Assembly: GCA_000934665.2 (NCBI GenBank)
Contig: JYFJ02002844.1
Location: 1-49,933 of the forward strand
Length of the DNA: 49,933 nt
Direction: 5' to 3'
Source of the DNA: Catajapyx aquilonaris
Taxonomy: Eukaryota
A model generated the notes under the pieces. That model saw nothing but the letters and a program-made list of their open reading frames with translations, ran no database searches and was not told the origin of the DNA. Below are positions 23,601 to 35,363 of the stretch, in pieces. Each line of letters opens with the position of its first letter. Within the stretch, counting starts at the first letter, position 1. The position numbers and the translations under genes are program-made.

Positions 23601-26600
23601 GTGCACCTGATTAAGCATTAATGTAATGGTACACTGTTTGTTGTGCAGTGAACTCTGGCAGCTGGCTGTCAAAGAGAGGGCTTCAGTACTGCACATGTTG
23701 GGATCCGTGAGCAGCTTGGTGGATTCACAGAATCCTGTGCTGGCTGCTTGCCTAAAGATTGAACCACCAGATAACCATTCAGGTTGTTGGAAGGACATGT
23801 TGCAAAGACTGCAATTGTGGTTGAAGCCATTTTGGAAGTTGAGAAAGAAGAAGGTACACTATTTTATTAATTAGGTATGTTTCATACTGTAGCCTGATAT
23901 ATTGTGCATTATTCTCAGGTCACTTCAGATCTTAGTTGCCTTCCAAAGCGACATGTACTTCGATACGTCCTGGATGAGGAGGCACAGCACCACAAGTTGA
24001 GCAAGTCCTTATTGAAGGAAGAATTTCCATGGCACTTGTGGAGCTTTGTTGCTCACTTAACCTTAACTTCACAGCCTTCATCAGACAGAATCATTGACAC
24101 CATTGACCTTGCTTTGCACCAGTTGGCTGCCTTAGAATGGCAGTGGGAAGACCCAGTGGCAGCTGTATTCCTAAGTTGCGACAAGTTGCTGAACAACTTT
24201 ACCCCATTTCAGGACAATGTTAGTGAAGGACACCTTACACTGATGCACCTCTTAGAAAAGATGGCAAATTTGCACCTGTTTACATCAACATTTAAATTAC
24301 CATTTCGAAGGCGATTTTTATGGACACTGAATCAGGATGTCAGAGCTGATGAGGCAGTGAAACTGGGAGAACTGTTAGGTGTGACTGGAGAGGAAGCTTG
24401 TACCTGTTTGTCAACATTTAAGGGTGAGGTTGATCCAGTGTTAATGGCATGGTTGGTGAGGTGTTGCCATTATGGAGGTGCTGCTCCAGAATGGGTTAAG
24501 GTATCCAGCCGCTTACTGAAGAAGGAGATCAGTGATGAGGTAGCAGAAGTTTTGCTAGATGTACTCAGTGCTGCACAACTTCAGTTCTGGAATGTGAAGA
24601 CCACTAGAACTCTGCTAGAATCAGCGGGAACATCACCTGTCAAAGTGAAATTGTTGCAAGTTCTGCTTAGGGGTCACCAACCATCACTTGATGCGTTTTT
24701 GAATTGGTCACTTGACAATGCCTGCAGCAGCTCACCCTGGGGACTGACCATGCTCTCTACAGCTGTTGATGCCAGTGGTGATAATCTTGATCCCAGGTTT
24801 GTCTGAAATTTGCACTTGCATATTATAAGTCATCCCGTATGTAGCAATAATTGATGACTGTTGTGAAATATGTACATATTCTATGGTGATGGGAAATGTT
24901 TTTTTATTGTGCCACTCAGCGGCTTATAGAAACCAGATCCATTCTTAACAAACTTATAACAAGGTATAAAGGTGCGTTTACATGTGGGCAATTTGATCGT
25001 GCAATGTCATGCTGAGCAATAGCAATGCTGAGTAACTCGAGTAACCAGTATTGTTTGAGGCGAAAATTGATTGTTACTTTCACCTCACAATATTGGTTAC
25101 GTCGCTCGGCGAAGATTTTTCTCTGCTTCACTTGTCAAATCGCTGACATGTAAAGCCGCTTAATGTCCCAACCATGACCCCATTTTTATTTAATTTAAAC
25201 GTTGGTGCAATAAATCCCAAGTAAGATGAACTTAACACAAAAAATGAGGTATAAAATAGTAATCTCGAGATTGAGGCGCGAGTCTCGACAGTATCTGTGC
25301 ACTGTGAGAGGTCACTAATAATCATTTTTCAATTCAGGTTGCTACACCTCCTTCAGGGAATCAAACCATCGGATGTGCGGTTATGGTTTCAGACAGGCAA
25401 GTCAGAGGCCAACTACCAGCCCATTATGTTGGCAGTACTGAACAACACAATGACTGACTCCAACTTGGAGAAGGTTGGCAACTGGACATGGCAACTACTC
25501 CACAGTGATGGTTACAGCATGGTGGACTGGACAGTGCCATGTGTTATAGCTCTATTTAAGAGACTGGCACATACAACAGAAGGAAAGCAGAGATTTCTTC
25601 AGGCAGCTATGCAAACTGTGATTTTGCAGGACAAGTCTGGTGTTGCTAGTGTAGCTACAGTAGATGTTCTTGGCAAAGAATTGGCAAGCTTGCTGCAGCA
25701 GTGGGAACTGCTGAAGGACATTACTTCTGAACAGTTCATGCTGAAGTTTGTGAAGGCCTCTCTTCGTCTTGCACTTGCTGAGAATTACCAAGACCAGGGG
25801 AATGCACAGAAGGGATCTCCTCTCATGCTGGGAGCCTTAGCTTCCTTCTGTCATGGGATGAAGTTTGGGTCAGCAGGAGAAACTACATTATTGCAACTAG
25901 ACCTCTTGCACAAACTGCTTACATCACATTCACGCTTTCTACCTCTGCTTCTGGATCATTCACAGGAAGAGGAGAAGGTGCCTCGTTTGCCTGTAACAGG
26001 TGTGTTAGAGAGTAGTTTAGGGAGTAGTAATTATTCTTTATTAATTTATTAGTTAGGGTAGCTCGATTCTCCTTCCCATCCTCTTACTATATTCATTCTC
26101 CTGATGCAGTCAATCATGCAACATTATTATCTTACAGAGGCAGTTATAGAGCTAATGATTGCTCTAGTTCAAGCGCAGCCACAACTAGCAGAGCAGCGCC
26201 TGATTCCTGTTTTTCTTGGTTCATATGGTGCCACCTTGTCTCGCCTGGACCAACTACTCCTGAAACTTCTGTGGTCATACGAAAAGGCTGGTGCCCACTT
26301 TCCTACGCAGTTAAAACCTCCCCTGTGGGGACCTGCAGCCATGGCTGACGCAGAAGAGGCAAAAATAAATGATCATTCAGCAAGGAAGAGTGCCTCTGCA
26401 GAGTTTCTTGCATTGATCAACACTGAACGGATGGAACACACTACATTGTGCTTTCCATTAGATCTATCACTTCAACTTGGGGAAGCTGTTGTGAAGGTAA
26501 GTTCAACTGGAGTGCTTGTCATAGATTAGTAGATTTAGCTTATGAGGTGTGAGTTTGGAAATCAATCTGTGATCCATTTCAGGAGGACAGCAGCATTTAT

Positions 26601-27779
26601 GATCCTCGTTTCCTGATTCCTGCCTTGATCCATGCCCTATCACCTGATCACCCTGTCCCAATATTCCGCGTCATTGAATGTGGTGCCCTGGGAGTAATAA
26701 CTGCTGCCCTTAGCAGTGGTTGCGTGCAGATGAGAACTGCTTCCTGCACTGCCCTCCATCTCTTTCGATGCCACTTGCAAAATATCCGGATGGCTGCCAG
26801 GGAGCGCCAGATATGGCTTCGTCTCCTTGACTTTCTCAGTTCAGGGATGCAACAAGGAGGTTATACAGTACCACCACGTCTGCCATTTGTGGTCACCCTG
26901 TACTTGGCTCGCCTGGCACAAGAGCTCAATCGGTCCCAGCCAATGATGATGGCCCCACTGGCCCGCTTCCTGACATCACGACGCTCATTAGACTGCTGGA
27001 ATGTGCCAGACTTCTTCTCCATGTTTAACTCAACTGCTACCAGGGCACCAGCTGAAGGAAGGATGCACCGTGCATGGATGCTGGCAGTTCTTCGGGATGG
27101 AGTACGTCTTCGACTGGATCTGCTGGCTCTCAGGAAGCGCCATATTCTGAAGGCAGTGCAGGGTTGGGCTGCTTCACCAATGGCTACAAAGGAAGGACCA
27201 GTGCAGGTTTTAGGCTTGTTGGCATCAGTGGCCCAAGTGCCAGGTGGTGCATCAGCATTGTTGCACAGAGGTGCCACATTGTCATGGGTACGTTCGCTAG
27301 TGGTTGATCGGCCCAATATCACTAATGCAGCATCAGGCTTAGTTTTAGCACTCTGGTGCTACCGCCATGAAGGCAAAGTGGCACCACCTGCACTCCTGAC
27401 AGAGTTCATGCTGGCCATTAAAGTGTTGTCAATTCAAATGGTGCCACCAACTGTACTTCTCATAGCTGCAGTATTGAGCCATTCCAGGCTGCATGGACTT
27501 GTAAACAGCGACTCTGCAGTTGGAATTTGCTGGAAGAGATTACTGAGTGCTGTTGCACCCAGAATACATCAGGAAGGCACCTCTGACGAGTTGACTGAAG
27601 AGCAGGTGCTGGGGTGGGCCAGGAAGGAACTGAACAAAGCACATAATTCTCATGTACCATGCAGTGAACTTGATGAAAGTGTCATTTTCAAATGCAGCAA
27701 TTTTATCCTGAAAGTTGCTCATGAATTATTAGAGACTGGAATGGATATCGACTCTTCAGTCATTCCAGATAATCTGTAG
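17618..27779 (+). CDS. URB1: Nucleolar pre-ribosomal-associated protein 1 (URB1/Npa1)-like, ~1768 aa
   Basis: Phase-consistent exons 17618-17864 (GC donor), 20653-21554, 21840-22253, 23032-23474, 23649-23853, 23919-24796, 25338-25999, 26138-26496, 26583-27779 total 5307 nt. Basic N-terminus, helical Leu-rich body, and motifs I recognise from URB1/Npa1: VLCTDYKYGLVF, KACPDL, YGATLSRLDQLLLKLLWSYE, YDPRFL, VPDFFSMFNS..HRAWMLAVLRDG. The 25999/26138 junction has an alternative in-frame pair (25977/26140). Confidence 0.85.
17963..18108. repeat. 146-bp spacerless palindrome (fold-back/MITE) in URB1 intron 1
   Basis: 73-bp arms with 4 mismatches, centred on CCAGTT|AACTGG. Confidence 0.92.
18438..19721. 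mobile_element. ~1.3-kb putative non-autonomous DNA element bounded by ~50-bp imperfect inverted repeats
   Basis: GGTCGTGGGTCGAAAGCGCCATTACTTATTTGTGCAACCTTATTTCTAGTT (18438-18488) is mirrored at 19672-19721. The ORF track shows the matching peptides GRGSKAPLLICAT (+) and GRGFRAPLLICAT (-). No transposase seen. Confidence 0.6.
19556..19658. repeat. 103-bp hairpin (46-bp arms, 11-nt loop)
   Basis: Arms 19556-19601 and 19613-19658 are reverse complements with 3 mismatches. Confidence 0.9.
19808..20085. mobile_element. PIF/Harbinger-type (Tourist-like) MITE
   Basis: ~30-bp TIR GGCTATTTTCACACGGGGCCACCATGGCAG / CTGCCATGGTGGCCTCGTGTCAAAATAGCC flanked by TAA on both sides. Confidence 0.8.
24970..25160. 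mobile_element. Harbinger-type MITE, family copy 1 (URB1 intron)
   Basis: AGGTGCGTTTACATG ... CATGTAAAGCCGCT with TAA flanks. Shares internal sequence with 45173-45333. Confidence 0.75.
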
Positions 27780-27881
27780 AGTCTGAGGTTTGAATGATGT
27801 AATAGAGTCCAACCTGTTTAGTGTGCATGTCAGATGTTAAGTACAATGAAACTTGTACAACTTGAACTTCTTAATATTGTA

Positions 27882-28043
27882 CAGTACTGGCCAATAATCG
27901 AGGCAACGACTAGCGACATTTTCCCGAAGCGGCAGAAGAAGGAATCGAAGATAAGCATGCTACAAGCCGGGCGAGCAAGATTCCTTCTTCTGCCGCTTCG
28001 GGAAAATGTCGCTAGTTGTTTCCTCGATTATTGGCCAGTACTG
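27882..28043. mobile_element. Tc1/mariner-type hairpin MITE, 162 bp, just 3' of the URB1 stop
   Basis: 65-bp arms (2 mismatches) beginning CAGTACTGG, 32-nt loop, TA on both flanks. Confidence 0.88.
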
Positions 28044-28649
28044 TACTACACAGATAAATATTGCCAAATATGCAATTCCAATGCAATATAATATCATTAA
28101 ACTTCAAGTGAGCACTAGGTGAGAAATCTTGTTTGAGATTTTAGTGCTGTCAGGTCAAATCCAAGATTGGAAAATAATACCGTCAAGTCTGGATATAAGA
28201 GACTTCAAGGGACCATGGAAATCAGTATCCTATAACTGAGGTTTTTTAATATTCAAATACACAGGTCATATGAGGAAGTATGATATGACCAGCCAAAAGA
28301 AGTTTTTAGTTTTGGGAGTTCAACTGGACATTTTAAATTCCGTCCAACACTGTGCAGCTTCATGCCGATCTTTAACTGCTTATTTTTTTTCCTGGTGCAT
28401 TGGAGATTCTAGTGGTACAAGTTCCACTGTACTTGAATTTGATATTGCACAGAATTATAATTGAAATATAACTTATACATGCATATATTAAAAAGTAAAT
28501 CAGGCAATTTTGTATACTGGGAAAGTAAAAGGATTTTAATGTCTCTGATTTGTTCTTTTTTGTATGGCCATGTACAGCCTTGTTACATGAGCCAAGTCCA
28601 TGTGCTTTCTCATTTGAAGTTGGAGTGAGAAACAAATGATAGTGGTTCT

Positions 28650-28903
28650 AATTGAAGAGCACAGGGGAAAAACTGGGAATGTCCAATTCCGTTGGGGTTC
28701 CAGCCAAGTGCACAGTACAAGAGTAACATAGGTGACACTTATACCTGGAGGCTTTCCATGGGTACAAGGGTGACAGTTGCATATAATGACGTGAAGATAT
28801 CCCTATTATTCTTTAGACACGTGAAGAAATAAAGCTATTTCTTCGATTTTTCATGGACATTTTTTGTGTGACATTCCCCGTTTTCCCCCTGTGCTCTTCA
28901 ATT
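28650..28903. mobile_element. MITE-like element with ~33-bp TIRs
   Basis: AATTGAAGAGCACAGGGGAAAAACTGGGAATGTC ... GACATTCCCCGTTTTCCCCCTGTGCTCTTCAATT. Confidence 0.7.
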
Positions 28904-29710
28904 GTATTGCTGCTTTTGTATCAACCAATGCCTGACAGGTAAGTCCTCATCCTGTATACAATTACTTGGAGATGCCAACATGGAGATTCGCATGTATACC
29001 TTGATGAAGGCTGACATGTGCCATTTGAGGAGGGGTTGGATGATGTCAATTTCAGATCATTTTAAAGGGTTTAATTTCCTTGGCTGAATATCCTACAACA
29101 TGCCTCCCTGAAACATCTATTGTAAAACTAATGTATGCTACCAGGAGCTCTTCAGCATGCTCTTGATGCTACTTGCAATTCTCCACTCCTTCTGGAGTGC
29201 TTTCCTGCAGCAAGTGAATGCTGTTAGTTCAAGGACGGCCGAGCTAAATGCAAATGACATTGCATGAACAGCATCTGAATTATATTGTACAGGTGATTGG
29301 GCAAGTAGCACAACACAGGTGATGCCTGTTATTCGCTGCTTCGCATTAACGCCGATTTCAAAATTACCTGTGAACATTTTGAACAATTACTGGAATGATT
29401 GGAAATGAAATATTTGAAACAATAACACACCACTGCCTCACACATACTTTTGCTTTTAGTGGTGCATTGTGGCAGGATGTATAAACATGTAAAATACTCG
29501 TATACAGGGCCTCTTTTTTTTTTTTTTTTTAGCTGTCACTAACATCGCCCGAAGTTTTTTTTTTCTTCAGCTTCTTGCTCCCTGTTCTGTTGGACCCTTC
29601 GAAGGTTGGACCAGCCATGACCGGCTTCGTAATGATAGGCGCCATGCGATTGCAGCGCCGTATGCGGCAGTGTGAGGCGAGCTTCCTTTTGCTTGCTTGG
29701 TCTCTGTCTG

Positions 29711-29754
29711 TTCCTCTTTCTTTCCGGCCATATTGGATCGTTGTGTGGCAGCAG
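29711..29754 (+). promoter_or_regulatory. TCT/5'-TOP start and non-coding first exon of eEF1delta
   Basis: TTCCTCTTTCTTTCC pyrimidine tract in a GC-rich island, followed about 40 nt later by a strong donor CAG|GTGAGA. TOP starts are established for elongation-factor mRNAs. Confidence 0.7.
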
Positions 29755-30978
29755 GTGAGAGGGGCCGGGTCGTGTTTTCATCGGCCCTGGGCACGCCCCG
29801 GGGCGTGCAGGGCTCCAGTCCGGGTGGGAACGGAGGGACAGAGGCGGTGCATCGGGTGGGGCACCAACACTCGATGGATACAGAGTGGCAGGGGAGGGAG
29901 GGGAGGCCGCACATGTGCAGGCCCAGTCTCGGGCCGCATGGGGCATTTCACAATCTCATAGTCGAACGAACAGACGGTTTGATTGTTATTGTTGTAGTTA
30001 TTGTTATTATAAATTATTATTGTTATTATTCCAGTGATATGGTGGTACAAGTGGGTGGTAGTCAGGGTTGGAGTTTGACGAAATTCTGCAACTCTTGCTG
30101 TATTGAATTATCAATCAATGTCTTGACTAATTTCAGTGCTTTTCGCTGACTGTGAGTTGGCAGGGGAAGTGAGTGCAGTTGATATGACATCCATGGATAT
30201 TGGATAAAGATTAGTGAATTAGAAAATTCAGCTGCGTAAGATATGCCCCACAGGGGGGAAAGCACTACCCAATAAGTGTTGTTGTACATTAACTTTACGT
30301 AAATCCAAGTAATATCGAAGGAAATACCCAGACTCAAATTTGTCATATTGTACGGTGTAAGAGAATTTAGTAGTTTGCCCTTCTCAGTGGTGAGGGACCA
30401 GCTTTTGGCAGCAAAGCCAGTGTGATATACATTAGCATGATGATACCAACCAGACATGAATGGAGAAATCACAAGGGTTGGTCCACCAGCTAATTACCTA
30501 ATTTTACCCATTAATTCATTTCATGGGAATTTGCTTACAATGCTACTTAGCATGCAAGAAAGATGGGGACGAGCACAGAGGGGGAAGCAGATGCTTGCAA
30601 GTCTTATGTTGACATGCATACAACATCATGAGTTATTGTCAGGTCAGGAAGACCTTTTGGGTTTAATAATGAGCTGCCACTCTTGTTTGGTTACCCGGCT
30701 AATATCACAGCGTGAGTGGATGTAGGCATGTGTGGTGTTTTTTATTGATTGTTGACAAAAACTAACCAGAAAGGCAGAAATTGATATCAATAGATAACCC
30801 ATGATTTTAAAGACACTGAAATTGGTTCTCCTGGCACTAAACTTATAAAGCAGGGAAAATCACCATCACGTACATCATGGATGGGCTGTATATCTACATT
30901 ACACTTACTTGTTATGTGAGTTTTATATATTTCTTGTGTGCTATTTTTTTCAAGGTTTAGTCTCAAATACTTCCCAAG

Positions 30979-33900
30979 ATGCCAGCTGCAAACTCCACTG
31001 AAACAGTGTGCCCACTTGTGTCTGACAGCATTTGGCTGGACAAGTTCAAGTACCAAGATGCTGAGCGGATGTACTATGAGCGTCTGGCCAAGGTAAACAT
31101 TGCAACTCCATAGCTCTCTACAAAGCATGTTGTGAACAACAATCCACACATTCGACACTCCTGTAACACTGCAAGTAACACTTTCTAACAACCATCCTCC
31201 TTCAGTGGATGCTTTCCCTTTCCTGATGTCTGTAAATGGTAAAATTTTAACTTCCCCTTTGCAAGCTGCGCAAGGGGGAGATGGAGAAACAAGCCCAGTT
31301 GGGCCCTGTGAATGGGAAGGTGGAGGAGGAGGAGGAGTGTGTAGCTGATGTGGTTGTGGAGGAGGAGGAGGAGGAGGAGGAGGAGGTGGTGGTGGGCCAC
31401 GTGTTGGCACCCACACCACAGGTAGGGCAGAGGGGCCCAGTGATACAGGAGGAGATGTCCACAGAATCTCAGCCCAAAGAGGCTAAGGAGAAGAGGAACA
31501 AGGCCAGCCGGAAGGGACGACATCGCAATGCGGTCGGTCAAACCAAGGAGAAGGTTTTGCCACCTGTCTTCTCTCACTTGTGTAGTTGTTGTCAGAAATG
31601 GAATCAACTCTCGTTTCTTGCACTCATGCTGTGTGAAGCAGAATTTTTACACTGTTTTTAAACGTTTAAATTTGCTGTTAATGGCACTTCTTATTTTACA
31701 CATCTCAGGTAGTACTGCACTACCATTGTGTACTTAGGTTAGTTTGCCATGTGTAAATTGTGTAGTGTTATAAACTGCTAAGGTAATTTGCAAGTACCCA
31801 GAGTAATCAGGTAACGTGTTGTACAGTTTATATATATTTTTTGCATGAGGCATGGTTATTAGTCTTCTAATATTGTAACATAGCAACTAACTCGAAGCAG
31901 CACAAGCAAAGAGTTCCTTGAGTCACTTTTAAATGTTAATGAGATGAGGTTTTCTGAACTTGGGGCATGTTGGATGCCACCTGTGGCAGCTAAGGCACTT
32001 TTTTTTTTTTACAATAGGCCTATTGTTAAATTTAATACTAGAATATCTCCATGCTTTGGTACTGTAGTTTGTTATTGTTAATATATAAAATGACTATTTT
32101 TGAAGGACACGCTCTAATGTAAGGTATACCATGGGTTGCAGTATTATTTTGCCACTAAACCATTAAGGGGTCTGTGTGTGGGCATTCCTAAGGACTTGTC
32201 CCGTTCTTTTATGTAACTTGTAGGTAAAGATGGTGACTCTGGCTGCCATGTTCAAATGTGCTGCAGATCAGCAAAGTGAAAAAGCATGCTGGGATTTACA
32301 ATCTTCGCATGCCAGAGTATATTCAAAGATTGAAATAATTCACCATTTTGACTCGTCTAATGGTAGGGGTAGGAGTTACAAACTACGGTATTTAGTACCA
32401 AGTCAGTACTAGACAAAGGACAAATACTTGTGCTTGCTCATGTGTAAAAGGGATGGGTCCGAATGGTAGGGCCAAGGGACCGAAGACAGGGACACCCATG
32501 TGCAGATCTCTTTGCCAGATCAAAAAGAGAGTCCAACTTTGTTATGCTGTAGTTTATGATCATACCAAGCTTCATGCAAACCTACAGGCACAAACTAGTT
32601 TTTTTTTGTTTCAAGAACTTTGAGAGAAACCTTTTTTTCAAGAACCTTAGAGATGAGTTACTTTTGCATCAAATGGCCAATAGGACATTTTCCACATGTG
32701 TTTGCTTACAGATTTGAGAGTATTAAGGAATTCGATGCTGTGTTCCTTTTATTATGCATGTGACTGGTGGCTGTGGTGTAGTAGTTGTAGAGTCATGGGT
32801 GCAAGAGGCGAGAGAGAACCATGGGCAAGGTTCCTCTCTTTTCCCCCCCTCATCAACTTTAGGGCGCAGCTGCATCTTCATCTCCATCTCGACCTCCCAG
32901 CATTGCTTCCCAGATCGCCAAGGCACGAGAACACATCAAGAATTCGCTCGAGTGTGTGAGTATACAAGACACCATTTAATGTAGGACCTGAGCTCATCCT
33001 CTTTTGGGTTCCCAAGGATACTCTGCCATCATCCACACTGCTTGGAAGCTACATCAGGCACTTTGCGATTCATGTTTTTCACAGGTAGAGAGCATCGCCA
33101 CCGTTGCTGCTGCTGGCAGCAAAGTTGGAAGTGTTGGTTCGGAGGTGACTTCAAGGTTGGAGGAATTGGAGAAGACAAATTCTGCCCTGAAGACTGAAGT
33201 CGACAATCTTCGTCGGATGGTGACAACGCTGCAGCAGCGTGTCCAAGCATTAGAAGTCACCTGCAATCAAAAGCAGGAACAGCCCAAACCCCCTGTAGCC
33301 AAGAAGGAAGTGAAGAAGGAGGAAGAGGATGATGATGTGGATCTGTTTGGTTCAGAGTCTGAGGAGGAGGATGACGACGAAGCGGTTAAAATGAGGGAGC
33401 AGCGCCTAGCAGAATACGCAGCTAAAAAGTCCAAGAGTGAGTAGTTTGTAATATTGGTTGATGATTGTGTATGTTTTGAGGAAAAAAGGAGCAGCTATTA
33501 TCGTCAACAGTCCAGGGTGTAAGAAGCTTTGATGACATCGAGGTTTCACTGCATTGTCTTGATTGCATCTGAACAAAAACCAAGGAGAAAAGCATTCAAA
33601 TTATTAGTGTGTACACATAGTTGTTCATCTGAAAGTAAAAATTGCTTGTAAAAAGGGTGCCAGTATTTGTTAAAATTTACATGTGGAGAAGATTATGTGG
33701 AGCATCCAACAGTAGTCATGCTCAGTGGCTGGTGTAGTAACAATATAATGATTGTGTTTCAGAACCAGCAGTGGTTGCAAAGTCTAGCATAATTCTTGAT
33801 GTGAAGCCATGGGATGATGAGACTGACATGTCTGCCATGGAGAAGTGTGTGCGGCAGATTGAAGCAGATGGCCTTCTCTGGGGTGCTTCTAAATTGGTTC

Positions 33901-34149
33901 CTCTGGCCTATGGTATTCACAAACTGCAGATTGGGTGTGTCATTGAAGATGAGAAGATTTCCACTGAGTGGCTCACTGAGACCATTGAGGCAAATGAAGA
34001 CTATGTTAGTTCATTTTACTGTTGTATTTTACTCATTGTGTTAAATATTTTCTAGTTTTTTTGCATGTGAATGTATGTGACTGAATTTCTGCATTTCCTC
34101 TTTATTTCAGGTTCAGAGCGTTGATATTGCTGCTTTCAACAAAGTGTGA
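30979..34149 (+). CDS. eEF1delta: Translation elongation factor 1-delta (eEF1B-delta), 279 aa core isoform
   Basis: Exons 30979-31092 ([17 protein letters not shown]), 32863-32955 ([17 protein letters not shown]), 33085-33436 (leucine zipper, [10 protein letters not shown]), 33763-34004 ([18 protein letters not shown]), 34111-34149 ([12 protein letters not shown]) total 840 nt. The N-terminal WxDKFKY motif and the zipper distinguish delta from beta. Confidence 0.95.
31266..31553 (+). CDS. Candidate alternative cassette exon of eEF1delta (Glu-rich + basic)
   Basis: Pyrimidine tract + AAG acceptor at 31265; phase 0; open frame; in-frame donors after 31421 (CAG|GTAGGG) and after 31553 (AAG|GTTTTG). 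Confidence 0.6.
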
Positions 34150-34386
34150 AAGTCCTTTCTTCCTGAATTATTGTCTCATTTGTGATGTCAGTGGTGACCA
34201 GTAAAATTGTCATGTGATAGTTTCTGAGTTGTCTCTAGCACAATGAATTCATGTATGATATCACACAGTATTGCCCGAGGTATTGCCTGCCTAGGGGTAT
34301 CTTTATTTCAGTACATCTACTTACGCTCCATTCACTCGTCCACATCCCCATAATGCCAATTAGGCAAATGTTTTTTGTTGCCTACT

Positions 34387-34553
34387 CTGCCGTCAGATGT
34401 AAGAAGACCGTAACTCGAAAACCACTACGGGCGAAAGTCGCATGCACGCCCTGCACTAATCCCCTCTGAGCCAGGGTGGATTAGTGCACGGCATGCATGC
34501 GACTTTCGCCCTTACTAGTTTTTGAGTTACGGTCTTCTTACAACTGACGGCAG
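34387..34553. mobile_element. Hairpin MITE (~76-bp arms) downstream of eEF1delta
   Basis: CTGCCGTCAGATGTAAGAAGACCGTAACTC...GCACTAATCC is mirrored by GGATTAGTGC...GAGTTACGGTCTTCTTACAACTGACGGCAG. Confidence 0.85.
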
Positions 34554-35096
34554 TACTGGCTTCCCTTTTAATACACAATTACCGTGTTACTGAAAATTGT
34601 CCATGATGGTTTTTTAAAATTTAATACCAGCATATTTTGAAAGGTCTGTGTGAATCTCTCATGGGTGGCATAAACATCATGTATGTAGGCTACAGTATGG
34701 ATGTCCATTTTTTGAAATGGAAAAAAATTTGAAGTTGCAAAACATGCCTGGATAGTTTCTTCCATGGGCTGCAGGTGTTAAAGGGGCATGGCATTAGTTG
34801 ACAAATTGGGCTGCAACTATTNGTGGGGGGGGGGCATGATTCAATGGTGGAGACAGTTATCTTCTCGGAATTAACAGGTACTCTTAGGGTAATAGGTTAC
34901 ATTTGGATGGATGGGTTCACTTCATGCTCATGCACATTTCTTGGTCAGCATTTTATCTCGACATTTAAATATATAATTTGTATGTTTTTTTGGTGTATCT
35001 AACCTGCTACCAGGTACCAGGCTACCTATAGGGAGATGAAAATTGGCACATAGGGAGTAGCTCAGGTGGTGCAAATTACTGGAAATGCTCAAAATA

Positions 35097-35363
35097 CAAA
35101 ATTCAACTATACTAGGGGCAAGATAACTCGTGAGTTTTGGGAGGTGGCTTGTGACCATGGCAACCAAATACCGCCTCCTGCCGGTCGACCAATCAGGATT
35201 CGATTTCAAAGGAGGTGGGCGTTATGTTGTAAGACCTCAAGAATGAGATGAGTTTGTTTGCAATTGGCAACCCAGCAGGGGGCGGGGCTAATTATGGTTG
35301 CCAAGGTCACAAGCCACCTGCCCAAACTCCTAACCTAGTATAAGTTGGGTCGCTTGAATTTTG
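35097..35363. mobile_element. Degenerate inverted-repeat element upstream of a GC-rich island
   Basis: GAGTTTTGGGAGGTGGCTTGTGACCATGGCAACCA (35132-35166) vs TGGTTGCCAAGGTCACAAGCCACCTGCCCAAACTC (35295-35329); outer matches CAAAATTCAA/TTGAATTTTG and TATACTAGG/CCTAGTATA. Confidence 0.65.

Noticed and set aside
30787..31607. Pro-rich and Leu-rich minus-strand ORFs
   Set aside because: Antisense shadows of the GAG-rich eEF1delta region.
33458..33572. C/D-box snoRNA in an eEF1delta intron (TGATGA...CTGA)
   Set aside because: No terminal stem and no recognisable rRNA antisense element; such boxes occur by chance.
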